Below, piece after piece: positions 49,429-59,209 of a DNA stretch of 64,000 bases; the stretch's first letter is position 1, and each line of letters begins with the position of its first letter. The position numbers and the translations under genes were made by a program. The stretch comes from Deltaproteobacteria bacterium (GTDB taxonomy: Bacteria; Myxococcota_A; Polyangia; Fen-1088), in contig JANRKS010000019.1 in NCBI GenBank assembly GCA_033763315.1, positions 64,001 to 128,000 on the forward strand, given 5' to 3'. The notes under the pieces were generated by a model. It ran no database searches, was not told where the DNA came from, and saw only the letters and a list, made by a program, of their open reading frames with translations.

Positions 49429-51198
49429 ATGCTGCGCTTGTCTTTGGTTCTTGCCGTGCTGCTACCGAGTGTTTTGATGGTTGGTGCTTGTCGAACAACA
49501 CCGGCGCCAAGATCCCTGGCTCCAAAACCGAAGCCGAACGCGGCGGCCGTCGTCGAACGTTTTGACGGCGAATTCCTCAATAGCTTGCCGTTGCAGAGCC
49601 GTTCATCCATTCAGGACGTGCTCGGGAACCAAGTCGCCGGAGCCGTGGGTTCGCAGGGACAGGTGCGATTACGTGGCCGGACCGTCACTTTCGCGGAGCT
49701 CGAGGGTTTTGCGATGTTAAGCGGCCGTGACGGTGCTGAATCGGCAGAAGGAAACACCGAGTCCTATGACGTTGTGAACGAGAACCCATATTTCTCGGCC
49801 GCGGAGGCGCCGCTTTCAACGTTTTCGATCGACGTCGACACAGCTTCGTACGCGAACGTCAGACGGTTCATCGAGAACGGTCGTTTGCCGCCGCCCGCGG
49901 CTGTTCGCATCGAAGAGTTGGTGAACTATTTTCGTTACGATTATCCGGCGCCCTCGGGGGACGAACCTTTTTCTACGTCTGTTGAAATGAATCGTTGCCC
50001 CTGGAACGCCGACGCACAGCTTGTGAGGATCGGATTGCGCGGGAAGGATATCCCCATCGATAAGCGTCCTGTAAGCAATCTCGTGTTCTTGATCGATGTT
50101 TCCGGATCGATGGAGCAAGACAATAAATTGCCCTTGGTCAAAAGGTCGCTGCATATTCTTGTGGACCAATTGCAGCCGCTTGATCGCGTGGCCATCGTGG
50201 TTTACGCGGGGGCCGCGGGTGTGGTGCTTCCCTCCACGGCAGCGGAACAACGCCAGACCATACACGCTGCGATTGATCGGTTGGAAAGCGGCGGTTCAAC
50301 GAACGGCGGGGAAGGCATCGCGCTGGCTTATGACCTGGCCGCCGCCAACCGGGTGACAAACGGCAACAACCGCGTGATTCTGGCCACCGACGGGGACTTT
50401 AACGTCGGCGTTTCCAGCCAAGGCGAACTCGTGTCCCTCGTGCAGAAGCGTGCGAAGCACGGTGTGTTCTTATCCGTGTTGGGGTTCGGTATGGGCAACC
50501 TCAAAGATTCAATGATGGAAGCGTTGGCCGATCATGGCGATGGCAGCTACCACTACATCGATGGCTTCAATGAAGCGAAACGTGTTCTCGCTGAGCAGCT
50601 TGCAGGCACTTTGCTGACGATCGCCAAAGACGTGAAGATCCAGGTGGAGTGGAATCCTGCACAGGTCGGCGCCTACAGACTCGTCGGCTACGAGAATCGC
50701 ATGCTGCAAAAGGAAGACTTCAACGACGATAGGAAAGACGCCGGCGAAATGGGAGCAGGCCACACGGTGACCGCGCTTTACGAGGTTCTGCCTCCAGGTG
50801 AAGCGGCCGAACAACTTTTGAAGGAACGGAAGGTCGATAAGCTGCGCTACGCGGGCCCATCGGTTTCGGTAGAGACGAACAGGAACGAACTTCTGACTGT
50901 GAAGATTCGCTACAAGCCACCTGAGGGGGGCGAGAGCCGCAAGTGGGAGAAGTCGTTTGCGGCCTCTACAAAGGACGCCTCGCTCGAACCCAGCAAGGAC
51001 TTTGAGTTTGCTTCGGCCGTCGCAACCTTCGGCCTGTTGCTGCGCCACACGCCTTTGCCTGCAGGGGCAGATTATGATCTGGTTCTGTCGCTCGCCGAAG
51101 CCGGTTTGTCAAAGCATGTTGTTGAGCGTGCCGCGTTTGCGAATTTGGTTCGCAAGGCGCGCGTTGCGGCTCAGTCGTCGGCGTCCGGACAGCGCTGA
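49429..51198 (+). CDS. YfbK-type vWA domain lipoprotein (vWF_A + VWA + DUF3520)
   Basis: Lipobox VGAC; STFSIDVDTASY, EELVNYF, DVSGS MIDAS, LATDGDFNVG, YRLVGYENR. Confidence 0.92.
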   Translation: MLRLSLVLAVLLPSVLMVGACRTTPAPRSLAPKPKPNAAAVVERFDGEFLNSLPLQSRSSIQDVLGNQVAGAVGSQGQVRLRGRTVTFAELEGFAMLSGRDGAESAEGNTESYDVVNENPYFSAAEAPLSTFSIDVDTASYANVRRFIENGRLPPPAAVRIEELVNYFRYDYPAPSGDEPFSTSVEMNRCPWNADAQLVRIGLRGKDIPIDKRPVSNLVFLIDVSGSMEQDNKLPLVKRSLHILVDQLQPLDRVAIVVYAGAAGVVLPSTAAEQRQTIHAAIDRLESGGSTNGGEGIALAYDLAAANRVTNGNNRVILATDGDFNVGVSSQGELVSLVQKRAKHGVFLSVLGFGMGNLKDSMMEALADHGDGSYHYIDGFNEAKRVLAEQLAGTLLTIAKDVKIQVEWNPAQVGAYRLVGYENRMLQKEDFNDDRKDAGEMGAGHTVTALYEVLPPGEAAEQLLKERKVDKLRYAGPSVSVETNRNELLTVKIRYKPPEGGESRKWEKSFAASTKDASLEPSKDFEFASAVATFGLLLRHTPLPAGADYDLVLSLAEAGLSKHVVERAAFANLVRKARVAAQSSASGQR

Positions 51199-51288
51199 TA
51201 TCCGGACCGACTTTCCTAGGCCAAGGCGGCGGCGTGGTCGCCGAAATGATTCACCAAAGAGGGGACCGTTACGCGTGTCCCGCAGCCG

Positions 51289-51672
51289 CTACCGAAACAC
51301 CTGCAGCCCCTGCGACTCCAGCAGCTTTGAATCAAGCGTCACCAGCGACAGGTCGTAGACCTGCGCCGTGGCAGCGATGAAGCGATCGGCAGGATCATTG
51401 TGCGTTAACTCGATTCGGCGGCTCTGCACTGCCACGTGCCGGTTGAGAAGGGCTTCGTGCAATCCGTCGAACACCTGGTCGGTCCATTTGTAGACGTCGC
51501 CTTTGACTTCAAGACGGCCGCGCTGAATGAGCTGCAGAACCTCCCAGACGCTTATGGGAGAGAACCACAGCTCGTTTTCCACGTTCTGCAGAGCGCTGCC
51601 GATGCGAGCAGGGATGCGGTCCGGGTCGAGCTGCGCCCAAAGAATGATGTGCGTGTCGAGAAGCAGTCTCAC
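51289..51672 (-). CDS. vapC: VapC/PIN domain toxin
   Basis: LLLDTH, SVWE, HNDPADR, VTLD. Confidence 0.92.
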   Translation of the reverse strand: MRLLLDTHIILWAQLDPDRIPARIGSALQNVENELWFSPISVWEVLQLIQRGRLEVKGDVYKWTDQVFDGLHEALLNRHVAVQSRRIELTHNDPADRFIAATAQVYDLSLVTLDSKLLESQGLQVFR

Positions 51673-51938
51673 TGTCCCAGCCGATCCCAGCTTTCGAGCG
51701 ACCCCTTAAAGAATTCGTCGTCGCTCATCACTGGCCGCATGACATCTCCGGTGATCGTCGCGGTGCCTTTGAGTCGACCCAAAAACGATCGCTGTGGCTG
51801 CTCGGTCAGGCGAGGGGGGATCACTTCGGCGACCGGCTCCCCATGGCGGGTGATGAGGATCGGCTCGCCGGTCACTCGGACCCGCTCCAGCACGGCCAGG
51901 CAGGTTGCCTTGAACTCCGAAATTGAAAGTTTGACCAT
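51669..51938 (-). CDS. Phd/YefM family antitoxin
   Basis: SISEFKA, ILITRHGEPVA; GTGA overlap with the toxin gene. Confidence 0.92.
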   Translation of the reverse strand: MVKLSISEFKATCLAVLERVRVTGEPILITRHGEPVAEVIPPRLTEQPQRSFLGRLKGTATITGDVMRPVMSDDEFFKGSLESWDRLGQ

Positions 51939-51943
51939 GAACG

Positions 51944-51957
51944 ATGACCATAGTCAT
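51944..51957. promoter_or_regulatory. Probable TA autoregulatory operator
   Basis: ATGAC-CATA-GTCAT inverted repeat 6 bp upstream of the antitoxin start, overlapping a minus-strand CATAAT -10-like hexamer. Confidence 0.6.
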
Positions 51958-52009
51958 TATGAACTTCGGCGCGGGTCAGATCAACGCACGGCCAAACGAA
52001 ATCGACCTG

Positions 52010-52070
52010 TGTCATAATGGCAACAGTGCACCGTTGGCACGCCTCCGTGTCAAATTGGCACGAGACACGC
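52010..52070 (+). promoter_or_regulatory. TGYCA-N3-TGGCA palindromes and possible sigma54 promoter upstream of the response regulator
   Basis: TGTCATAATGGCA (52010-52022), TGTCAAATTGGCA (52048-52060); TGGCACG-AGACAC-GC gives GG-N10-GC at 52057-52070. Confidence 0.55.
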
Positions 52071-52156
52071 CTGTGATGCTCTTCCGGCCTAGCAAAAACG
52101 AACACTTGCGCCCTTCGTGGGACTGGCCTCCGACTTGAAGTGACGCTTACCGCCCC

Positions 52157-53581
52157 ATGCTTCCCAACTCCACCCCCGCCCCTGAACTTGTGAACGCCCC
52201 CACCGTGCTGGTCGTGGACGACGAGCCCGGCATCGTCGACTCGCTTCGCAAAGTGTTTGAGCGTGAGTCACTCAAGGTGGTGACGGCGCGCAACGGTGCC
52301 GAGGCGTTGGATGTGTTGCGGAAGACCTCGGTGGCCGTGATGTTGACCGACCTCATGATGCCGGGCATGTCGGGCCTCGATCTGCTGCGCGCCAGCCGGC
52401 AGATCTCGCCCGAGACCGAAACGGTTTTGATGACGGCGTATGGCACAGTGGAGAACGCCGTTGAGGCGATGAAGGATGGCGCTTATGACTTCGTGACCAA
52501 GCCCATCAAGCGCGCGCACATCACCCGTGCCGTGGCCAAGGCGCTTGAGAAGCAATCGCTGGTGCGTGAGAACCGATCGTTGCGCGAACAATTGGCGGCG
52601 CAGAAAAAGCACGAAGCCGTAGGGCAATCGCTTACGTGGCGTCGCACTTTGGAAACCGTGGCACAGGCGGCGCCATCCATGGCCACCGTGTTGTTGCTGG
52701 GTGAATCAGGCACCGGCAAAGAGTTATTGGCGCGCGCTATTCATCAAGGCTCACCCCGCGTGTCGGGCCCGTTTGTGCCTGTCAATTGCGCGGCCTTGCC
52801 CGAGTCGATTCTTGAAGCCGAGTTGTTTGGTTATGAGCGCGGGGCTTTCACCGGTGCCGTTCAACGCCAAGAAGGGCGGTTCGCGCAAGCCAACGGAGGC
52901 ACGCTTTTTCTCGACGAAATCGGCGAAATTCCCATCCACGTGCAAGTCAAGTTGCTGCGCGTCTTGCAGGAGGGCGAAGTTGAACGTCTGGGCGGCAAAA
53001 CCGTGAAAGTGGATCTGCGCTTGGTGGCCGCCACCAATCAAGATCTGCGGCTGGCCGTGCGCGAAGGGCGCTTTCGTGAAGATCTTTATTATCGCTTGAA
53101 CGTGATCCAGATCCGCTTGCCGCCGTTGCGTGATCGGCGCGACGACGTGCCACTTTTGGCCGAGCATTTCTTGCGGCTGTTCTCCGCGCGCAATGGCCGC
53201 CACGTGCACGGGTTCACTGGCGAAGCGTTGACGGCGATGGAACGTTATGACTGGCCCGGCAACGTGCGCGAATTGGAAAACGCGGTGGAGCGTGCCGTGG
53301 TGTTGGCGCGGGGCCAAATGGTGGGCGTGGACGACTTGCCACCGGAGGTGCGGGCGGGGGGCAATGGGGTGGTCACCGATGGCAAGACCATGGTGTTTCC
53401 CGTGGGCACACCGCTTGATGAGATTGAACGCCGCGTGATTCACACCACGCTGGTTCACTGTGGCGGGGACAAACGTTTGTGCGCCCAGATCCTGGGCATT
53501 GCCACGCGCACCATCTACCGCCGGCTCGAAGAAGAGCGTGGCCCCGAGCCCCGCGAACGCGACGTGGCCGACGAAGCCTGA
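52157..53581 (+). CDS. Sigma54-dependent response regulator (REC-AAA+-HTH, NtrC family)
   Basis: [40 protein letters not shown]-terminal HTH. Confidence 0.96.
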   Translation: MLPNSTPAPELVNAPTVLVVDDEPGIVDSLRKVFERESLKVVTARNGAEALDVLRKTSVAVMLTDLMMPGMSGLDLLRASRQISPETETVLMTAYGTVENAVEAMKDGAYDFVTKPIKRAHITRAVAKALEKQSLVRENRSLREQLAAQKKHEAVGQSLTWRRTLETVAQAAPSMATVLLLGESGTGKELLARAIHQGSPRVSGPFVPVNCAALPESILEAELFGYERGAFTGAVQRQEGRFAQANGGTLFLDEIGEIPIHVQVKLLRVLQEGEVERLGGKTVKVDLRLVAATNQDLRLAVREGRFREDLYYRLNVIQIRLPPLRDRRDDVPLLAEHFLRLFSARNGRHVHGFTGEALTAMERYDWPGNVRELENAVERAVVLARGQMVGVDDLPPEVRAGGNGVVTDGKTMVFPVGTPLDEIERRVIHTTLVHCGGDKRLCAQILGIATRTIYRRLEEERGPEPRERDVADEA

Positions 53582-53621
53582 GCGGCCGCTTTGGCGCTTT
53601 GGCAGGCGCCAGCGGCTTGGC

Positions 53622-53723
53622 TGCCAAAATGGCACAAAAGGATGGTTTTGTAGGCCGCTGCCAGCTCGTAAGTGCTTGATTTTCTTGCGCCTGTGGACCT
53701 GACCTGGGTGGCCTCCAGATTGC
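53622..53723 (+). promoter_or_regulatory. Sigma54 promoter of the gsp operon with IHF site and upstream palindrome
   Basis: TGCCAAAATGGCA (53622-53634); TAAGTGCTTGATT = YAA-N4-TTGATW IHF consensus (53669-53681); TGGCCTCCAGATTGC = GG-N10-GC (53709-53723); AGGAG SD before gspC. Confidence 0.75.
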
Positions 53724-53740
53724 TGCTGTGAGGAGTTGGA

Positions 53741-54685
53741 GTGGAATCGCTTCTACGCAAATATTTATGGGTGCTCGACCTGGCGGTGGCCGGGGTGTGC
53801 GCTTTGTTCTTGGCCCGCGCCACGGCCAGCTTGGCTGAGTCGCAGCTCATCGAGAACACGCCGCCTCGCACGTCGACGTCCTCTGGATTCGGGAGCAAGC
53901 CTGTCGTGGCTTACTCGAAAGAGTTCAAGGACATCGTCGATCGCTACGTGTTTTGTTCCGATTGTCCGCCCCTGGTCGACGAAGTGATCAAAGCGCCTGA
54001 TGCGCCCGCCGATCCCAACGCGGCCGACGCCGAAGCGCAAAAGACAACGATGCCCCTCACCGTGATGGCGATCATGTACGCGCCGCCGCCCATGGGCATT
54101 CGCTATTCGTTGGCCGTGCTGAAGGACACTGAAACCTTGGTACAAGGCGCCTTCTCGGTGGGCGACAAAATTCGCGACGCCAAGATCATCGGCATCGACG
54201 AAACGCGCATTCATTTCGACAACAAGGGCCGGCGTGAATTCCTGGATATGTTTGCGCCCCCCGAACCGCCGCCTTCAGCCACGGTGGCCGTCGCGCCAAC
54301 GGAAAAACCATCGCCGGGCGACGAGCTTTCGAAGGAGCTTGCCAACGGCCTCAAGAAGACGGGCGAGAACACGTACGAGCTGCAACGAAGCACGCTTGAT
54401 TCTGTGTTGGGCAACATGGGCCTGCTGTCTCGCTCGGCGCGCATCGTGCCTGAAATTCGTGACGGCAAATCCGGTGGCTTTCGCCTTTATGCCGTGCGAC
54501 CCGAAGGGCCGTTCGCGCTCATAGGCATGCAGAACGGCGACGTGCTTTACGCCATCAATGGTTTGGAAATGACGAGCCCCGAAAAGGCTCTCGAGGTTTA
54601 TTCAAAGCTTAAATCCGCGCGCCACTTGTCCGTGAGTCTCGAGCGCAACGGTCAGAAGATTACGAAGGAATATACGATCCGATGA
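53741..54685 (+). CDS. gspC: Type II secretion protein C with PDZ domain
   Basis: N-terminal TM, HR region, ARIVP..GFRL..GMQNGD PDZ; first gene of gsp operon. Confidence 0.9.
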   Translation: MESLLRKYLWVLDLAVAGVCALFLARATASLAESQLIENTPPRTSTSSGFGSKPVVAYSKEFKDIVDRYVFCSDCPPLVDEVIKAPDAPADPNAADAEAQKTTMPLTVMAIMYAPPPMGIRYSLAVLKDTETLVQGAFSVGDKIRDAKIIGIDETRIHFDNKGRREFLDMFAPPEPPPSATVAVAPTEKPSPGDELSKELANGLKKTGENTYELQRSTLDSVLGNMGLLSRSARIVPEIRDGKSGGFRLYAVRPEGPFALIGMQNGDVLYAINGLEMTSPEKALEVYSKLKSARHLSVSLERNGQKITKEYTIR

Positions 54686-57429
54686 AGCCCCTTTTTAGCC
54701 CCAAAAAAGCGTGCTTGGTTTGCTACCTCTGCGTCGCCGTTGCCTTTGCACCCGCCGCCGCTTATGCACAACCGCCGGCCCCCGAAGCGGCTGCCCCTGC
54801 CGACGCGGCGAAACCCAAAGCAGCGAATCCCATCTCGGCGGCCGTGCGCAAAATGCGTCGCGCCGCGCCTGTGAAGGCGGCGCCACCTGTGGCAGCACCG
54901 CCTGTGGCTGCGCCCGACGTGCCGCCCGTGGCTGCGCCGCCGCCGCCGGCTCCACCGCCTGCCGCCGCTGTGGCTCCCGCACCCGCTGCGGGTCCAGGTG
55001 TGGTGGAACTTCCGGGCGAAAAGGAGTTCAACTCATGCAAGAAGTTGCCTGAAAAGCGCATCGTTAAGCTGAACCTCAAACCCGACACGGAATTAAGCGA
55101 GCTCATCGGCTGGATCTCCAGCATCACGTGCACGCAGTTCCTGATTCCCAGCACCACGAACATTCAGGGCAAAAAGCTCACGATCATTTCCCCGCAGTTG
55201 ATCACGCCGCGCGAAGCTTATCGCTTGTTCTTGTCTGCGATCGAATCTGTGGGGCTCACGGTGGAGCCTTCCGACCGCTTCTTGCGCATCATCGAAACCA
55301 ACCGCGCGCGCTTTACGCAGCTGCCGTTTTTGGCGGATGGCGAGCCCATTCCTTCGGATAGGCGCTACGTCACACGCATGGTGCGCTTGCAGCACCTGGA
55401 CGCCGCCGACGTCACGCAGAACGTGTTGCAACGACTCAAAGGCGAGCAGGGCGACATCATCGCTTACCAAGGAGATACGCTCATCATCACTGATCAAGCG
55501 GCCATGATCCGCAAGATGGTGGAGGTGCTTGAAAAGTTGGATCAACCGCGCAACACGGATGAACGCATCTGGATGGTGTACGTGCGCAACACCACAGCGG
55601 TTGAGATGGCGCAGCGCCTGGCCGAGATCTTCAACGTCGATTTTGTGGGCCAAGGCTCATTCAAGGCGGGCAAAACAGGTGGCGCGCCCACACCTCGGCC
55701 CGCGCCCGCCGCGAAGCCCGCCAAGGGTCCGATGATCGGCGACATGCCCGAGCTGCAAGAGCAAATGTCGATCAGCCGCTTGTTGCCCATCGACCGCACG
55801 AACCAGTTGATCGTGGTGGCGAAGCCGCTGGCCTATGAATGGCTCAAGGTGATGATTAGCCGGCTGGACGTGCCCCTTGATCGCGACGGCGATGGCCGCG
55901 TGCACATGTATTACTGTAAATACGCGAACTGCGATGAGCTCGCGGTGACCCTGGGAGCGGTGACGGGCGTGCCTGTGACCATCCAATCGGCGGGCCGCAC
56001 CACGGGTGGTGGCAACCGGTCAACGCCTCCAGCCGCTGCACCTCGCCCGGCGAATGCAAATGGCCAACAGCAAGAGATGCAGTTGTTTGAAGGCGATGTG
56101 CGCATCAACTTTGACCGGCCCACCAATGCCTTGGTGATTATGTCTTCGCTCAAGGATTACCAGCAGCTGCGCAAAGTGATCGAGAAGCTGGATTCGCCGC
56201 GCAAGCAGGTGTTCATCGAAGCGCTCATCATGGAAGTGCTGTTGGACAAGACGCGAGAACTGGGCGCCGCGTTTCACGGTGGCGCGCCTGTCAGCACAGG
56301 TGGCAGCGACAAAAGCCTATTGATCGGTGGCTTCCGCGCGGCTTCCACTTTGCAGCCTACAAGCTTGCTGGCATCGGGCCTCGGCGGGTTGGGTGGCGGT
56401 TTGTTCGGGCCCACATTTGATCCAGAACAGGTGCGCATCTTTGGCTCCAGCGCCGACATCCCGTCATTCGGCGTGTTTTTGCAGGCGTTGCAGCGCAACA
56501 ACGACGTCAACGTGTTGTCCAACCCCTACATCATCATCACCAACAACGACGAAGGTGAACTGTCGGTGGGTCAACAGCTCCCATTCCCCGGCAGCACCTT
56601 TGGCGCGGGCGTGGGGGGGGCTGGTCTTCCAGGCGCGGCCGGTGGCCTTTTGGGCGGCTTCGGTGTGCCTGTGAACCGCACGAAGGTGGCTTTGAGCCTC
56701 AAGCTGGTGCCTTCGGTGAACGAGCACAACATGATCCGCATGGAGGTGGAACAGAAGATCGAAGACATCCTGTCGGAGAACTTCAACAACCTTGGGCCCG
56801 CCACTTCGTTGCGAGAAGCGAAGACCACTGTGGTGACGCGTGATCAACAAACGGTTCTGATTGGCGGCTTGATGTCAGACCGCACGAGCGAAAGCGTGAC
56901 GAAGGTGCCAATCTTGGGTGACATTCCCATTTTGGGCTTCTTCTTCCGCAACAACACCAAGCGCAAGCAGAAGAGCAACATCATCATCGCGCTCACGCCG
57001 TACGTGATTTCGGAGCCCAGCGATCTGCGCCGCATCGCCGAGAAGAAGATGCGCGAACGCCGCGAGTTCATCGAACGCTTCACGGCGTTTCAAGACACGG
57101 CAGCGCTTGAATCCGATGTGGACTACAGCAAGAAGCGCGGCTTGTTGGAAGAGATCAACCGCAGCGTGCGCGAGATCGAAGGCGAAGAATCTGAGATGCG
57201 CGAGATTCGCGATCGCGATGCTCAAGATCGCGAAGTGCCCATCGAACCTCCGATGGCAGTCAAGTGGGGGCAACCGGGGTCGCGGCCGGCGCGTGCCACG
57301 ACGATCATGAGTCCGGCGCCCGCGGCGGGCGAAGCGGCGCCACAGTCGGCGCCGCCACCTGTCGCCCCGACGCCCGAAGCGCAACCGGCGCCGCCCCCTG
57401 GTGCGGCGCCTCCTCCCCCGGTGCAATGA
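54682..57429 (+). CDS. gspD: Type II secretion secretin
   Basis: N domains, RKQVFIEALIME, KVPILGDIPILGFFF; Pro/Ala-rich termini. Confidence 0.95.
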   Translation: MKPLFSPKKACLVCYLCVAVAFAPAAAYAQPPAPEAAAPADAAKPKAANPISAAVRKMRRAAPVKAAPPVAAPPVAAPDVPPVAAPPPPAPPPAAAVAPAPAAGPGVVELPGEKEFNSCKKLPEKRIVKLNLKPDTELSELIGWISSITCTQFLIPSTTNIQGKKLTIISPQLITPREAYRLFLSAIESVGLTVEPSDRFLRIIETNRARFTQLPFLADGEPIPSDRRYVTRMVRLQHLDAADVTQNVLQRLKGEQGDIIAYQGDTLIITDQAAMIRKMVEVLEKLDQPRNTDERIWMVYVRNTTAVEMAQRLAEIFNVDFVGQGSFKAGKTGGAPTPRPAPAAKPAKGPMIGDMPELQEQMSISRLLPIDRTNQLIVVAKPLAYEWLKVMISRLDVPLDRDGDGRVHMYYCKYANCDELAVTLGAVTGVPVTIQSAGRTTGGGNRSTPPAAAPRPANANGQQQEMQLFEGDVRINFDRPTNALVIMSSLKDYQQLRKVIEKLDSPRKQVFIEALIMEVLLDKTRELGAAFHGGAPVSTGGSDKSLLIGGFRAASTLQPTSLLASGLGGLGGGLFGPTFDPEQVRIFGSSADIPSFGVFLQALQRNNDVNVLSNPYIIITNNDEGELSVGQQLPFPGSTFGAGVGGAGLPGAAGGLLGGFGVPVNRTKVALSLKLVPSVNEHNMIRMEVEQKIEDILSENFNNLGPATSLREAKTTVVTRDQQTVLIGGLMSDRTSESVTKVPILGDIPILGFFFRNNTKRKQKSNIIIALTPYVISEPSDLRRIAEKKMRERREFIERFTAFQDTAALESDVDYSKKRGLLEEINRSVREIEGEESEMREIRDRDAQDREVPIEPPMAVKWGQPGSRPARATTIMSPAPAAGEAAPQSAPPPVAPTPEAQPAPPPGAAPPPPVQ

Positions 57430-57448
57430 ACGAACGCGGAGTTTTCCT

Positions 57449-59197
57449 GTGCGGCAACGATTGATTGGCGAAATTCTGGTGGCGGCGGGCAAATGCAAGC
57501 CGGATCAGATCACTTCGGCGCTGGAATCCCAAAGCGCCGAAGGGCTGCGCCTGGGCGAACTTCTGGTCAGGCAAAAAGCCGCCGACGAGGTGGACGTTCT
57601 GCGCGCGCTCGGCGAGCAACTTGGCTTGCCGTTTTGGGACAAGCTGGGCACCGATCAGATCGACAACGCCTTGGCGACGAAGCTGCCCATTGGTTTTTTG
57701 CGCCAACACAAACTGCTGCCAATTCGGGCCGAAGGCGACACCGTGTGGGTGGCCATGGGCGATCCGCTGGATGTGTTTGCGCTTGATGATGTGCGCAGCA
57801 TGCTGGCCCAGGATGTAACGCCGGTCATTGTGCAACCTTCGCGCGTGATCGACGCCATCAACCACGTGTATGGCCAGAACCAAGACACGGGTAACTTGGG
57901 CGATGGGGAAGAGGAGATGGAGGGCGAGGGCGAGGAGCTGGTTGACATCCTCGACATCAACGACGAAGCCCCCATCATTCGTTGGGTAAACTCGCTGTTG
58001 TTCAACGCTGTGAAGCAGCGGGCGAGCGACATTCACATTGAGCCGGGCGAAAAAGAGATCGTGGTGCGTTACCGCATCGACGGTGTGTTGCACGAGGTTC
58101 GCCGCGCGGCCAAGCAGTTCATTCCCTCGATCATCTCGCGCGTGAAGATCATGGCGGGTTTGAACATCGCAGAGAAGCGCCTGCCGCAGGACGGCCGCAT
58201 CCGGCGCCGCATTGCTGGCAAAGACATCGACATGCGCGTGGCCACGGCCCCCACCGTGCGCGGTGGCGAGCGCATCACAATTCGTTTGCTTGATCGCGAC
58301 AACGTGCTTCACGACTTGGCCGACATCGGCTTTGGGCACGACCACTTGGCGTTGATCAACGATCTCATCAACCGTCCGCACGGAATCATGTTGGTCACAG
58401 GCCCCACCGGCTCCGGTAAGACCACCACGCTTTACGCCTGTTTGGCCAAGATCAATTCCCCGGATTTGAACATCCTCACGGTTGAAGATCCAGTCGAGTA
58501 CCAGCTTGACGGCATCAGCCAGGTGGCGGTGAACGACAAGATCGATCTGACTTTCTCGGCCGGGTTGCGCTCGTTCTTGCGTCACGATCCGGATGTCATC
58601 ATGGTGGGCGAAATCCGCGATTTGCCCACGGCTGAAATTGCCATTCAGGCGTCGCTTACGGGCCACTTGGTGCTTTCCACCATCCACACGAACGACGCCG
58701 CGGGCGGCATCACACGTTTGGTGGATTTGGGCGTGCAGCCGTTCTTGGTGGCTTCGTCGTTGATGGCGCTGTTGGCGCAACGTTTGGTGCGCCGCTTGTG
58801 CATGGATTGCCGCGAGCTTTACACGCCCAGCACCGAAGACTTGGTTGAAGTGGGCATCGATCCCGACACGTTCCGCGCAGGCACCGCCAAGTACGTGCGG
58901 TTTAAGAACGAACCCGCGCCTCCTCCCCCTGGCATGTTGTACCGCGCCCACGAAGGTGGCTGCACCACGTGCTTGGGCGCAGGCTATAAGGGCCGAAGCG
59001 CCATTTATGAGTTGTTGTTGCTCGATGAGACGGTTCGTCAGATGACGATCAAGAACGTCGACGCGCAGAACATCAAGAAGTATGCGCAGCAGAAATTGAA
59101 GATGCGCACGCTGCGCGAAGACGGCGGCCAAAAAGTGATGGCCGGCATGACGTCGGTGGCTGAAGTGCTGATGATCACCGCGGAGGACGCGCAGTAA
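57449..59197 (+). CDS. gspE: Type II secretion ATPase
   Basis: ASDIHIEP, RLPQDGR, GPTGSGKTT, MVGEIRD, LSTIHTN, CxxC pairs. Confidence 0.95.
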   Translation: MRQRLIGEILVAAGKCKPDQITSALESQSAEGLRLGELLVRQKAADEVDVLRALGEQLGLPFWDKLGTDQIDNALATKLPIGFLRQHKLLPIRAEGDTVWVAMGDPLDVFALDDVRSMLAQDVTPVIVQPSRVIDAINHVYGQNQDTGNLGDGEEEMEGEGEELVDILDINDEAPIIRWVNSLLFNAVKQRASDIHIEPGEKEIVVRYRIDGVLHEVRRAAKQFIPSIISRVKIMAGLNIAEKRLPQDGRIRRRIAGKDIDMRVATAPTVRGGERITIRLLDRDNVLHDLADIGFGHDHLALINDLINRPHGIMLVTGPTGSGKTTTLYACLAKINSPDLNILTVEDPVEYQLDGISQVAVNDKIDLTFSAGLRSFLRHDPDVIMVGEIRDLPTAEIAIQASLTGHLVLSTIHTNDAAGGITRLVDLGVQPFLVASSLMALLAQRLVRRLCMDCRELYTPSTEDLVEVGIDPDTFRAGTAKYVRFKNEPAPPPPGMLYRAHEGGCTTCLGAGYKGRSAIYELLLLDETVRQMTIKNVDAQNIKKYAQQKLKMRTLREDGGQKVMAGMTSVAEVLMITAEDAQ

Positions 59198-59209
59198 CGC
59201 GTACGCTGC

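Noticed and set aside
43800-51938. Integron cassette array (co-oriented genes plus inverted TA; GCCTAAC-GTT near 44048)
   Set aside because: No repeated attC-like hairpins between the genes and no integrase seen; the single core-like heptamer is expected by chance
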